A stretch of DNA of 32,000 bases from Desulfobulbus propionicus DSM 2032 (GTDB taxonomy: Bacteria; Desulfobacterota; Desulfobulbia; Desulfobulbales; Desulfobulbaceae), in NCBI RefSeq assembly GCF_000186885.1, contig NC_014972.1, positions 1,470,001-1,502,000 on the forward strand, in the 5' to 3' direction. This document shows positions 17,653 through 26,715 of this stretch, one piece after another; positions within the stretch are counted from its first letter, which is position 1, and every line of letters starts with the position of its first letter. A model generated the notes under the pieces. The model did no database searches and was not told the origin of the DNA. It saw only the letters and a program-made list of their open reading frames with translations. The position numbers and the translations under genes are program-made.

Positions 17653-17819
17653 TCGTAAATAATGCAGGTGAAGCGTTCCAGCTGCGCCTCGGTTTCCGGA
17701 TCAAGGTCGGCCGCGACTTCATGGATCTGATATTCCTTTTCACAGCCGCTGCAGCGCAATCGTACCTGCCGACATCGTCGCTGCACCTGTAAGGGTTCAC
17801 CGCATTTTCTACATTTCAC
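17649..17819 (-). CDS. 56-aa dual-CXXC small protein (zinc-ribbon-like); absent from the supplied ORF track
   Basis: Manual translation gives MKCRKCGEPLQVQRRCRQVRLRCSGCEKEYQIHEVAADLDPETEAQLERFTCIIYD. The GTG start overlaps the pyrE stop (GTGA) and its stop overlaps the PilZ TTG. CxxC pairs sit at residues 3-6 and 23-26. Confidence 0.65.
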   Translation of the reverse strand: MKCRKCGEPLQVQRRCRQVRLRCSGCEKEYQIHEVAADLDPETEAQLERFTCIIYD

Positions 17820-18382
17820 GTTTGTTTTCCCTTGCCGATGAGTTGTTCGCGGGTGAAAACAGCCTTGAGCGGGTACCCTTTGGCCGCCAAGACCTCGGCC
17901 CCCCCCTCCTGGCGATCAACAATGGTGGCCACCAGACCAACCCGAAACCCTTCGTTTTCGACCCGCTCGATCACTTTTAATAACGTGCCGCCAGTGGTGA
18001 CCACATCCTCGACCAGGGCCACCAGCCCTCCGGGAACCAGGTTGCTCTTGCCTTCAATGAAATTGCCGGTGCCATGGCCCTTGGCTTCCTTGCGGACAAT
18101 GAACGCGGGCAGGGGGGATTGTTCGAGATAGCTGACAACGGACACCGCCGTGACCAGAGGATCGGCACCAAGAGTCATGCCGCCAACCCCCATGATCGGT
18201 TCGGGATGCTGACGAATCAATTGGAACAGCAATCGACCGCAGAGATATCCTCCTTCGGCGTCGAGGGTGGTCTGTTTGCCATCCACGTAAAAATCGGAGG
18301 TCTTCCCTGATGTCAGGGTGAAGGTTCCCTGACGATAGGATTTTTCCAGCAGCAGTTCCTTGAGCCGTTGTCGTTCGTCCAT
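17816..18382 (-). CDS. pyrE: Orotate phosphoribosyltransferase
   Basis: FTLTSGKTSDFYVDGK... and the PRPP-binding loop LVEDVVTTGGT are present. ATG 18382 gives a typical 188-aa PyrE; the track's longer N-terminus looks non-coding. Confidence 0.92.
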   Translation of the reverse strand: MDERQRLKELLLEKSYRQGTFTLTSGKTSDFYVDGKQTTLDAEGGYLCGRLLFQLIRQHPEPIMGVGGMTLGADPLVTAVSVVSYLEQSPLPAFIVRKEAKGHGTGNFIEGKSNLVPGGLVALVEDVVTTGGTLLKVIERVENEGFRVGLVATIVDRQEGGAEVLAAKGYPLKAVFTREQLIGKGKQT

Positions 18383-18434
18383 GCAGCAATCCACTAGGGC
18401 AGAGGTTGAAAAGGGCACTTGTTTTTTGCAGGAA

Positions 18435-18462
18435 GCAAAGGCGTTCAAAGCCTTTGCTTTTT
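18435..18462 (+). terminator. Plus-strand intrinsic-terminator-like hairpin in the pyrE-glmS intergenic region
   Basis: GCAAAGGC-gttcaaa-GCCTTTGC forms a perfect 8-bp stem followed by TTTTT. On the minus strand no U-tract follows. There is no plus-strand gene upstream. Confidence 0.45.
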
Positions 18463-18546
18463 ATACAGCTGAAGACGTTTTTTACCGTGAATGCCTTGTT
18501 TTCGCACATAAAAAGCTGAGCTTGCCCTGTTTTTTTCTCTATCGCT

Positions 18547-18604
18547 TGCAAGGGAAGAGAGGACGGCTTCGCCTCTTTCCCTCTGATATTGCTTGCATTT
18601 TTTT
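18547..18604 (+). terminator. Second plus-strand terminator-like structure (long bulged hairpin plus T7) upstream of glmS
   Basis: The inner stem is AGGGAAGAGAGG / CCTCTTTCCCT (11 bp with one bulged G, and two more pairs in the loop). The outer TGCAAG / CTTGCA pairing abuts TTTTTTT (18598..18604). It ends 68 nt before the glmS ATG. Confidence 0.45.
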
Positions 18605-18671
18605 GCTGGCTCGATAACAGTGCTTGTTATGTGGCAGTGTCAATATCCAGGATATCTCCGGGGGTGAGTCA

Positions 18672-20513
18672 ATGTGTGGAATAGTGGGATATGTCGGCAA
18701 CAGACGGGTTGTGCCCATTCTGCTTGAGGGATTGCGGCGGTTGGAATACCGGGGATACGATTCTGCCGGGCTGGTGTATCATTTTGCGAATCGTTTGGTC
18801 CGCCATCGCGCCAAGGGAAAGTTGGCCAATCTCGAGGCAGTGGTCGATGAACAGATCGGAGTGGCCAGCGGCACCGGGCTTGGCCACACCCGTTGGGCAA
18901 CCCATGGAGCTCCCACCGAAAACAACGCTCATCCGCATACCGACTGCACCGGCGAACTGGTGGTGGTGCATAACGGCATCATTGAAAACTACAGTGCGCT
19001 GAAAAATGAATTAACCGCCAAGGGGCATGTGTTCACTTCGGAAACGGATACCGAGGTGCTGGCTCACCTGATCGAGGACTGTCTGAAGGGTGATCTGGTC
19101 GCGGCTGTGCGGGCAGCGCTCACCCGGGTCGAGGGATCCTATGCCATCGGCGTGCTGTGGGCCAAGGAGCCCGAGTTGCTGGTGGCGGCGCGCAATCATA
19201 GCCCCTTGGTGATGGGCGTGACCAATGATTCCTGCCATATTGCCTCGGATATTCCAGCGCTTTTGCCCTACACCCGGGAAGTGATTTTTCTCGATGATCG
19301 TGAAATGGCGGTGCTACGCAAGGGTGGGGCCTATACCATTCTCAGCATTGACGACGGATGTCCGTTGGACAAGACGCTTTCAGTGATCGATTGGAACGCG
19401 TCGATGGCTGAAAAGGCCGGTTATCGACATTTCATGCTCAAGGAGATTTTCGAGCAGCCGCAAGCCATTCTCAACACCGTCAGTGGTCGCATTGTTCCCG
19501 ATACCGGAGTTGTCGATCTCCCGGAAATAGGACTTGATCCTACGATTGTGGAGCGCATCGAGCGGATAGCCCTTGTTGCCTGTGGCACGTCCTGGCATGC
19601 GGCCCTGATCGCCAAGTATTGGATTGAGAAATGGGCTGGCATTCCCGTGGAAGTCGATATCGCCTCTGAATTTCGCTATCGCCGCCTGTTGGTCAATGAG
19701 CGGGTGTTGACCATCGCCATTTCCCAGTCCGGTGAAACCGCCGATACCTTGGCGGGAATCCGCCGGGCTGCGCAACTTGGTTCCCGCGTGGTGACCGTGT
19801 GCAATGTGGTCGGTTCCACCATGACCCGGGAAGCCGATGGCGTTATTTATACCCATGCTGGTCCTGAGATTGGGGTCGCCTCCACCAAGGCCTTTACCTG
19901 CCAACTGGCAGCCCTTTTTCTCTTAACCATTTATCTGGGGCAGATACGAAAAACCATCGACCCCCTTGTCCAGAAAAAACTTGGAGCTGCCCTGCTTGAG
20001 TGCGCCGAGGTGATCGGCACGGAATTGCCCCGTCTGCAGGCGGAAATCAGCACGCTGATCGAGCGGTATTACGAGGCCAAGGACTTCCTGTTTGTCGGGC
20101 GGGGATTGAATTTTCCCGTCGCTTTGGAGGGGGCGCTGAAACTCAAGGAAATTTCCTATATCCATGCCGAAGGATATGCCGCGGGTGAACTCAAGCACGG
20201 GCCGATTGCCCTGATTGATCGCGACATGCCGGTTGTCGCCTTGGCTCCTCGGGATTCGGTGTATCTCAAGACCGTTTCCAATATCGAGGAAATCAAGGCG
20301 CGGCAGGGCCGCCTGCTGTTATTCGGAACGAGCGGTGACGAGCACCTGTCCACCCTGACCGAGGATGTTATTTCTTTGCCCGAAGTACACGAAGACCTCA
20401 ATCCATTGCTGTACACTATTCCAGCGCAGCTGCTCGCCTACGAAATCGCCAACCGGCGAGGCTGCGACGTGGATCAACCGCGCAATCTGGCCAAGAGCGT
20501 CACGGTCGAATGA
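18672..20513 (+). CDS. glmS: Glutamine--fructose-6-phosphate aminotransferase (isomerizing)
   Basis: The N-terminal MCGIVGYVG carries the catalytic Cys2. Two SIS domains follow, and the C-terminal ...NLAKSVTVE is canonical. ATG 18672 is chosen over the track's upstream start. Confidence 0.97.
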   Translation: MCGIVGYVGNRRVVPILLEGLRRLEYRGYDSAGLVYHFANRLVRHRAKGKLANLEAVVDEQIGVASGTGLGHTRWATHGAPTENNAHPHTDCTGELVVVHNGIIENYSALKNELTAKGHVFTSETDTEVLAHLIEDCLKGDLVAAVRAALTRVEGSYAIGVLWAKEPELLVAARNHSPLVMGVTNDSCHIASDIPALLPYTREVIFLDDREMAVLRKGGAYTILSIDDGCPLDKTLSVIDWNASMAEKAGYRHFMLKEIFEQPQAILNTVSGRIVPDTGVVDLPEIGLDPTIVERIERIALVACGTSWHAALIAKYWIEKWAGIPVEVDIASEFRYRRLLVNERVLTIAISQSGETADTLAGIRRAAQLGSRVVTVCNVVGSTMTREADGVIYTHAGPEIGVASTKAFTCQLAALFLLTIYLGQIRKTIDPLVQKKLGAALLECAEVIGTELPRLQAEISTLIERYYEAKDFLFVGRGLNFPVALEGALKLKEISYIHAEGYAAGELKHGPIALIDRDMPVVALAPRDSVYLKTVSNIEEIKARQGRLLLFGTSGDEHLSTLTEDVISLPEVHEDLNPLLYTIPAQLLAYEIANRRGCDVDQPRNLAKSVTVE

Positions 20514-20556
20514 CCTGACCGCTCGCTTTTTTTCATCGCCTTTTTCTTTCCTTTCG

Positions 20557-20585
20557 CGAGTCTGGGGATCTTTTCCCCAGACTCG
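20557..20585 (+). terminator. Hairpin downstream of glmS (candidate terminator; weak U-tract)
   Basis: CGAGTCTGGGGA-tcttt-TCCCCAGACTCG forms a 12-bp stem and is followed by ttcctt. A T7 run at 20527..20533 precedes it. Confidence 0.45.
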
Positions 20586-20641
20586 TTCCTTGCCGTGCTC
20601 CATATCCGTGTTTCGGTGACAGGGGCGATATTCACGGTTCT

Positions 20642-20655
20642 TTTCGCATGCGAAA
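20642..20655. promoter_or_regulatory. Perfect 14-bp palindrome TTTCGCATGCGAAA upstream of the efflux operon (candidate regulator site)
   Basis: The sequence is exactly self-complementary. It lies ~190 nt upstream of the adaptor gene start. Confidence 0.3.
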
Positions 20656-20746
20656 GTTCCAGTCCTCGTTGTTATTCGCCTAGAATAATGAAAGAAATGG
20701 AATTTTTTCCGACAACTGGATTGCCGGCGTTTGGCGCATAATTTTC

Positions 20747-20775
20747 TTGCATACATTCATGGATGTATGTATATA
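20747..20775 (+). promoter_or_regulatory. Candidate sigma70 promoter of the efflux operon with an embedded inverted repeat (candidate TetR operator)
   Basis: TTGCAT (20747..20752), 17 nt spacer, TATATA (20770..20775). The inverted repeat CATACAT-n6-ATGTATG (20750..20769) overlaps the -35 element, runs through the spacer and ends just before the -10 element. Confidence 0.5.
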
Positions 20776-20847
20776 GTTCCGGTTTTCCATACTCCTGTTC
20801 GGGATACCGACAGTGCTGTTCGCGAATTCTTTGGAGGGCTATACGCC

Positions 20848-22050
20848 ATGAAAAAAATACTCCGTCAATCCTTTGTGATCCTTGCTATGCTCGCCGGAGG
20901 ATTCCTGACAGGCGCATGCAAGGATGGCGCCCAACCAACGCCCGCCGCCGGAGGACCGGTGGAAGTGGAGGTCGTCACCCTGCAACCGCAGCCGGTCCAT
21001 CTCGTCGTGGAGCTTCCGGGGCGGACAGCTGCCTTTCGCATCGCCGAGGTACGTCCCCAGGTGGGAGGGATCATCCAGAAGCGGCTGTTTACCGAGGGCA
21101 GCGAGGTCAAGGCCGGGCAGTTGCTCTATCAGATCGATCCCGCCACCTATCAAGCCAGTTACGACAGCGCCAAAGCGGCTCTTGCCAAGGCCGAGGCCCT
21201 GGAGCATTCCGCCAGCCTCAAGGCTGAACGATACCGTGTGCTGGTGCGCACCAAGGCGGTGAGCGAGCAGGAACAGATCGAGATCGAGGCCGGTTGGAAA
21301 CAAGCGGTCGCCGACGTGGCGGCCGCCAAGGCCGCCCTGGCCAGCGCCCGAATTAATCTTGACTACACCCGGGTGACCGCCCCCATTTCGGGGCGGATCG
21401 GTAAGTCGAGCGTCACCGAGGGTGCCCTGGTCACCGCGCAACAGAGCGCCGCGCTTGCCACCATTCAACAGTTGGATCCCCTGTATGTCGATGTCAGTCA
21501 GTCTAGTACTGAACTGCTTGATTTGAAAAAAGAAGTGGCGGCAGGCTCCGCTGCGGGAGGGGAAAAAACCAAATCCGAGGTCACGGTGCTCCTTGAAGAC
21601 GGCTCCGAATATCGGCATACAGGCAGCCTGGAATTTTCCGACGTGACCGTCAATCAGACCACGGGCACGGTCACCCTTCGGGCGATTGTCGGCAATCCCG
21701 ATCAGGAGTTATTGCCGGGAATGTTTGTTCGCGCGCGGATCGACAAGGGGCAGAAGCCGGCGGCCATCCTCGTGCCCGCGGCGAGTATCAGCCGTAACAG
21801 CAAGGGACAGGCCATGGTCATGGTGGTCAACAAGGCATCAACGGTCGAGAATCGGATCGTGCACACCGGGCAGAATATCGGAACGCGGATTCTGATCGCG
21901 GACGGATTGACCGCTGGAGAACAGGTGATTGTCGCCGGGCTGCAGAAGATCAAACCCGGAGTTCCGGTCAAGGTGATCGAGCAGGCCATTGATAACCAAT
22001 CGAGTCAAACGGCCTCCGGCGTTGCGGCGACGGCAGCCAAGACGGAGTGA
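20848..22050 (+). CDS. Efflux RND transporter periplasmic adaptor subunit (AcrA/MexA-like lipoprotein)
   Basis: MKKILRQSFVILAMLAGGFLTGAC carries a lipobox. The rest is typical of an MFP: hairpin coiled-coil and RVTAPISGRIGKS. GGAGGG lies 9 nt upstream of ATG 20848. Confidence 0.93.
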   Translation: MKKILRQSFVILAMLAGGFLTGACKDGAQPTPAAGGPVEVEVVTLQPQPVHLVVELPGRTAAFRIAEVRPQVGGIIQKRLFTEGSEVKAGQLLYQIDPATYQASYDSAKAALAKAEALEHSASLKAERYRVLVRTKAVSEQEQIEIEAGWKQAVADVAAAKAALASARINLDYTRVTAPISGRIGKSSVTEGALVTAQQSAALATIQQLDPLYVDVSQSSTELLDLKKEVAAGSAAGGEKTKSEVTVLLEDGSEYRHTGSLEFSDVTVNQTTGTVTLRAIVGNPDQELLPGMFVRARIDKGQKPAAILVPAASISRNSKGQAMVMVVNKASTVENRIVHTGQNIGTRILIADGLTAGEQVIVAGLQKIKPGVPVKVIEQAIDNQSSQTASGVAATAAKTE

Positions 22051-22053
22051 ACC

Positions 22054-25000
22054 ATGGCCCGCTTTTTTATTGACCGGCCCATTTTTGCCTGGGTCATCGC
22101 CATCGTCATCATGCTGGCCGGCGCGCTTTCCATCATGCGCCTGCCAATATCCCAATATCCGGAGATCGCGCCGCCCTCGGTACAGATCACCTCCAAGTAC
22201 CCCGGCGCGTCGGCCAAGACCATCGAGGACAGCGTCACCCAGATCATCGAGCAGAACATGAATGGACTCGACAATCTGCTGTACATGAACTCGCAGAGTT
22301 CCTCGACCGGCCAGGTCACCATCACCCTGACCTTCGAGGCCGGCACCGATCCGGATATCGCCCAGGTGCAGGTGCAGAATAAACTGCAACAGGCGCTCAG
22401 CCTCCTGCCCGAGGAGGTTCAGGACGAAGGGGTGCAGGTGACCAAGTCCAACTCGACCTTTCTCATGATCGTCGGTCTGATCTCGGAAGACGGCAGCATG
22501 GACAAAAACGATCTGTCCGATTTCATGGTTTCGACCCTGCGCGATCCCCTCAGCCGGACCCGGGGCGTGGGCTCGATTCGCATCTTTGGCAGCCAATACG
22601 CCATGCGTATCTGGCTCGATCCCCATAAACTCAACAGCTACCAGCTCACCCCGGTGGATATCAAGGCCGCCATCCAGGCCCAGAACAACCAAGTGGCCGT
22701 GGGTGATCTCGGCGGCACGCCGTCCACTGCCGGCACCCAGGTCAACGCCAGCATGATGGCCCAAACCAAGATGAGTTCGCCCGAGCAGTTTGCCCAGATC
22801 CTCTTGAAGGTCAACAGTGACGGCTCCCAGATTCGGCTTCGGGACGTGGCCCGAGTGGAGATCGGCGGCGAAACCTACGATTCGTTGACCACTTTCAACG
22901 GCATGCCGGCCTCCGGCATGGCGATCATGCTGGCCACCGGCGCCAATGCGCTCGACACCGCCAAGGCGGTACGCGACAAGCTGGCTGATCTGCAACCCTA
23001 CTTTCCGGCAGGCGTGTCCGTGGTCTATCCCTACGATACCACCACTTTCATCAAGATCTCGATTGAGGAGGTCGCCCATACCCTGGTGGAGGCCATTATT
23101 CTGGTCTTTCTGGTTATGTACCTGTTTCTTCAGAATTTTCGCGCTACCCTCATCCCGACCATCGCCGTGCCCGTGGTCTTGCTCGGTACCTTCGGGGTCA
23201 TGGCGGCCTTTGGCTTTTCCATCAATACCCTGACCATGTTTGGCTTGGTGCTGGCCATCGGTCTCTTGGTCGATGACGCCATCGTGGTGGTCGAAAACGT
23301 CGAGCGGATCATGGCCGAGGAGGGTTTGTCGCCGCTGGAGGCCACGCGCAAGTCCATGGATCAGATCACCGGCGCCCTGATCGGCATCGCCCTGGTATTG
23401 TCGGCGGTATTCGTGCCCATGGCCTTTTTCGGCGGCTCCACCGGCGCCATTTATCGCCAGTTCTCCCTGACCATCGTCTCGGCCATGGTGCTGTCGGTGC
23501 TGGTGGCCCTGATCCTGACGCCGGCCCTGTGCGCCACCTTGCTCAAGCCGGTCAAGAAGGGACACCATGAGCAGAAGCGCGGATTCTTCGGCTGGTTCAA
23601 CCGCACCTTCGAGCGCAGTGCCGACGGCTACCGCAACAGCGTGGCCTATGTGCTGAAGCGTACCGGCCGCTTCGGCCTGATCTATCTCCTGCTCATTGGC
23701 GGCATGGCCTTTTTGTTCACCAAACTGCCGACCTCCTTTTTACCTGAGGAGGATCAGGGGGTTTTTCTCACCATGGTGCAACTGCCCACAGGGGCGACCC
23801 AGGAACGGACCCAGGCTATCCTGAACCAGGTGCGCGATCATTATCTGGTCAAGGAAAAGGAAAACGTCAAGTCCGCCTTCACCGTAGCCGGCTTCAGTTT
23901 CGCCGGCACCGGCCAGAACATGGGCATGGTTTTCGCCCAACTGCGCGACTGGAGTGAACGCAAACGGCCGGAGCAGTCGGTGAGCGGGGTTATCCAGCGG
24001 GCCATGGGCACCTTCATGCAAATCAAGGAAGCCCAAGTCTTTGCCTTTAACCTGCCGTCGATTCCCGCGCTGGGCACCTCCACCGGTTTTGACTTTTTCC
24101 TCCAGGACCGCGCCGGTCTCGGCCACGAGAAGTTGATCGAGGCGCGCAACATGCTGCTCGGGTTGGCAGCGAAAAATCCCAATCTCACCCGGGTGCGGCC
24201 CAATGGCATGGAAGATACGCCGCAGTACAACGTGGACATTGATTTTGAAAAGGCCATGGCCCTGGGCGTGACGGTAAGCGATATCAACACCACCCTTTCC
24301 ACTGCTTGGGGGTCCAGTTACGTCAATGATTTTGTTCATCAGGGCCGGGTCAAGAAGGTGTACGTACAGGCCGATGCGCCCTATCGGATGCAGCCCGAGG
24401 ATCTGGATCATTGGTATGTCCGCAATGCCAACGGCGAGATGGTGCCATTCAGCACCTTCAGCAGCGGCCATTGGAGTTTCGGCTCGCCCCGCCTCGAACG
24501 GTTCAACGGCAACTCGGCGGTGGAGATCGTCGGCGAGGCGGCCCCTGGCAAGTCGAGCGGTGACGCCATGACCCTCATCGGCGATCTGGTGGCGCAGCTC
24601 CCCGCCGGTATCGGCTACGAATGGACCGGCGCTTCCTTCCAGGAGCAGCAGGCCGGTGCCCAGGCGCCCGCGCTGTACGCCATCTCGATCCTGGTGGTCT
24701 TTCTTTGTCTGGCCGCCCTGTACGAAAGCTGGTCGGTGCCGTTCTCGGTCATCCTGGCCGTGCCGCTGGGAGTATTGGGCGCGCTTTCCGCCGCCTATTT
24801 CCGCGGCATGGAGAATGACGTCTACTTCCAGGTCGGTTTGCTGACCACCATCGGTTTGTCGGCAAAAAACGCCATCCTGATTGTCGAGTTCGCCAAACGG
24901 CGCTACGACAAGGGCCGGGATCTAGTTGAGGCCACGGTCAAGGCCTGCCGCCTGCGGCTGCGACCGATCCTGATGACCTCGCTGGCCTTCATGCTCGGGG

Positions 25001-25200
25001 TTTTGCCGCTGGCGATCAGTTCCGGCGCTGGCGCCAACAGCCGCCATGCCATTGGTACCGGCGTGCTGGGCGGCATGCTCTCGGCCACCGTTTTGGCGAT
25101 CTTTTTTATTCCGCTTTTCTTTGTGGTGGTCCTGCGGCTGTTTACAAAGAAACGGCCGGCGGAGACCAACCTCAGCCTGGCCCAAGAGGTGAAACAATGA
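22054..25200 (+). CDS. Multidrug efflux RND transporter permease (AcrB/MexB-like, HAE1)
   Basis: [27 protein letters not shown]..., a length of 1048 aa, and conserved [16 protein letters not shown]. Confidence 0.96.
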   Translation: MARFFIDRPIFAWVIAIVIMLAGALSIMRLPISQYPEIAPPSVQITSKYPGASAKTIEDSVTQIIEQNMNGLDNLLYMNSQSSSTGQVTITLTFEAGTDPDIAQVQVQNKLQQALSLLPEEVQDEGVQVTKSNSTFLMIVGLISEDGSMDKNDLSDFMVSTLRDPLSRTRGVGSIRIFGSQYAMRIWLDPHKLNSYQLTPVDIKAAIQAQNNQVAVGDLGGTPSTAGTQVNASMMAQTKMSSPEQFAQILLKVNSDGSQIRLRDVARVEIGGETYDSLTTFNGMPASGMAIMLATGANALDTAKAVRDKLADLQPYFPAGVSVVYPYDTTTFIKISIEEVAHTLVEAIILVFLVMYLFLQNFRATLIPTIAVPVVLLGTFGVMAAFGFSINTLTMFGLVLAIGLLVDDAIVVVENVERIMAEEGLSPLEATRKSMDQITGALIGIALVLSAVFVPMAFFGGSTGAIYRQFSLTIVSAMVLSVLVALILTPALCATLLKPVKKGHHEQKRGFFGWFNRTFERSADGYRNSVAYVLKRTGRFGLIYLLLIGGMAFLFTKLPTSFLPEEDQGVFLTMVQLPTGATQERTQAILNQVRDHYLVKEKENVKSAFTVAGFSFAGTGQNMGMVFAQLRDWSERKRPEQSVSGVIQRAMGTFMQIKEAQVFAFNLPSIPALGTSTGFDFFLQDRAGLGHEKLIEARNMLLGLAAKNPNLTRVRPNGMEDTPQYNVDIDFEKAMALGVTVSDINTTLSTAWGSSYVNDFVHQGRVKKVYVQADAPYRMQPEDLDHWYVRNANGEMVPFSTFSSGHWSFGSPRLERFNGNSAVEIVGEAAPGKSSGDAMTLIGDLVAQLPAGIGYEWTGASFQEQQAGAQAPALYAISILVVFLCLAALYESWSVPFSVILAVPLGVLGALSAAYFRGMENDVYFQVGLLTTIGLSAKNAILIVEFAKRRYDKGRDLVEATVKACRLRLRPILMTSLAFMLGVLPLAISSGAGANSRHAIGTGVLGGMLSATVLAIFFIPLFFVVVLRLFTKKRPAETNLSLAQEVKQ

Positions 25201-26624
25201 AGGTCTTGCACACGAGATGGCTCGCTGCCGTGCTGATGGCCGGGGCGTTGGGCGGTTGCACCCTGGCTCCGGAGTACCGCCGGCCTGAACTGCCGGTGGC
25301 CGACGCGCTGCCCGTCGGTCAGCAAAGCCCGATCAGTCCGGCCTCGGCCAATGGCGCGGCCGTGCTCAGTGCCGAACTCGCCTGGCGGGAGTATTTTGCC
25401 GATCCCCGGTTGCAGCAACTGCTGACCCTGGCTCTGGCCAACAACCGGGACCTGCGCGCCTCGGCCCTCAATGTCGAGGCCTATCAGGCCCAGTATCGTA
25501 TCCAGCGTTCCGCTCTGTTTCCGTCCATCAGCGGCGAAGGCAGCGGCACCAAGCAACGAACGCTCAGCGGCAGCAGTTATGTGACCTCTGAGATATACAC
25601 GGTTTCGGTGGGGATGACCGCCTATGAACTCGACCTGTACGGCCGGGTGCGCAATCTCAAGGACCAGGCCCTGGAACAGTATCTGGCCATGGAGGAGACC
25701 CATCGCAGTGCCCGGCTCGGTCTGGTGGCCGAGGTGGCTCGCGCCTACCTGACCTGGCTGGCCGATCGGGAACTGCTGACCACCACCGAGGACACCCTGC
25801 GGGTCGAAGAGGAGTCGTTCCAGCTCATCGAGCAACGGGAACGCGAGGGTATCGCCACCCAGTTGGATCTGGCCCAGGCGCGCACCAGCCTGGAAACGGC
25901 GCGGGCCAATCGTTCCCTGTATCAGCGGATGGTCGCCCAGGATATCAACAACCTGGTGCTGCTGGTCGGCACGCCCCTGTCTCCTTCGTTGTTCAAGGAT
26001 GCGGCACCATTGAACGCCCAGGCGATCGGTGCACGGCTGCCGGCTCAACTGCCCTCTTCCCTCCTGTTGCAGCGACCGGACATCATGGCGGCGGAGCACG
26101 AACTCAAGGGCGCAAACGCCAACATCGGCGCAGCGCGGGCCGCTTTTTTCCCGTCCATCAGCCTGACCGCCAAAACCGGCGCGATCAGCGGCGATCTTTC
26201 CGATCTGTTTGATGGCGACTCGGGCTCCTGGCTGTTCTCGCCGTCGATCAACCTGCCGATCTTCACTGCCGGCCGCCTGCGGGCCGAGCTCGATGTGGCC
26301 AAGATCCGCAAGGACATTACCGTGGCCCAGTATGAAAAGGCCATCCAGACGGCCTTCCGCGAGGCGGCGGACACCCTGGTCGCCAGCGGCACCTTTGTGC
26401 AGCAGGTGGCGGCACAAAAGGCCAATCTTGCCGCCAATCAGGAGTACCATACCCTGGCCAAGGCCCGTTATCAGCAGGGGTTGGACAGCTTTCTCACCCT
26501 GCTCGATGCCCAACGCTCACTCTACAGCGCCCGGCAGCGGTATATCGCCGTGCAGCTGTCCCAACTGCTCAACCAGGTGGACCTGTACAAGGCACTGGGT
26601 GGTGGCTGGAAGGATCGGTCGTGA
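25197..26624 (+). CDS. Efflux outer-membrane factor lipoprotein (NodT/OprM family)
   Basis: A lipobox (ALGGC), tandem OEP repeats, and a C-terminal LYKALGGGW. There is an ATGA overlap with the RND gene. Confidence 0.94.
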   Translation: MKVLHTRWLAAVLMAGALGGCTLAPEYRRPELPVADALPVGQQSPISPASANGAAVLSAELAWREYFADPRLQQLLTLALANNRDLRASALNVEAYQAQYRIQRSALFPSISGEGSGTKQRTLSGSSYVTSEIYTVSVGMTAYELDLYGRVRNLKDQALEQYLAMEETHRSARLGLVAEVARAYLTWLADRELLTTTEDTLRVEEESFQLIEQREREGIATQLDLAQARTSLETARANRSLYQRMVAQDINNLVLLVGTPLSPSLFKDAAPLNAQAIGARLPAQLPSSLLLQRPDIMAAEHELKGANANIGAARAAFFPSISLTAKTGAISGDLSDLFDGDSGSWLFSPSINLPIFTAGRLRAELDVAKIRKDITVAQYEKAIQTAFREAADTLVASGTFVQQVAAQKANLAANQEYHTLAKARYQQGLDSFLTLLDAQRSLYSARQRYIAVQLSQLLNQVDLYKALGGGWKDRS

Positions 26625-26715
26625 GTGCCCGCTTACACTCTGAGCGGCAGGCTGGACAACGGAGGGAAAGTCGATTGAGCAGGCTTCGATCGACAAAGCG
26701 TGGAGCACGGTAACT

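Noticed and set aside
18547-18585. The purine-rich arm (minus-strand CAGAGGGAAAGAGGC) is superficially reminiscent of a PyrR-binding loop upstream of pyrE.
   Set aside because: The match to the remembered UCCAGAGAGGCU-type consensus is only partial. No sense-strand terminator/antiterminator pair follows, and the element lies ~170 nt or more from the pyrE start. This is not supportable without a covariance-model search.
18449-18671. A possible glmS ribozyme in the glmS 5' region.
   Set aside because: I could not find the conserved ribozyme core segments as I remember them (for example the AGCGCCAGAAC and GACGAGG type stretches), and the structure here is a simple terminator-like hairpin. An Rfam scan would settle it.
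21838-26513. Minus-strand ORFs of 576 aa (21838..23568), 243 aa (23740..24471) and 536 aa (24903..26513), antisense to the RND and OMF genes.
   Set aside because: They have a His/Gly/Asp/Arg-rich biased composition with no start context. The plus-strand genes are canonical and translationally coupled.
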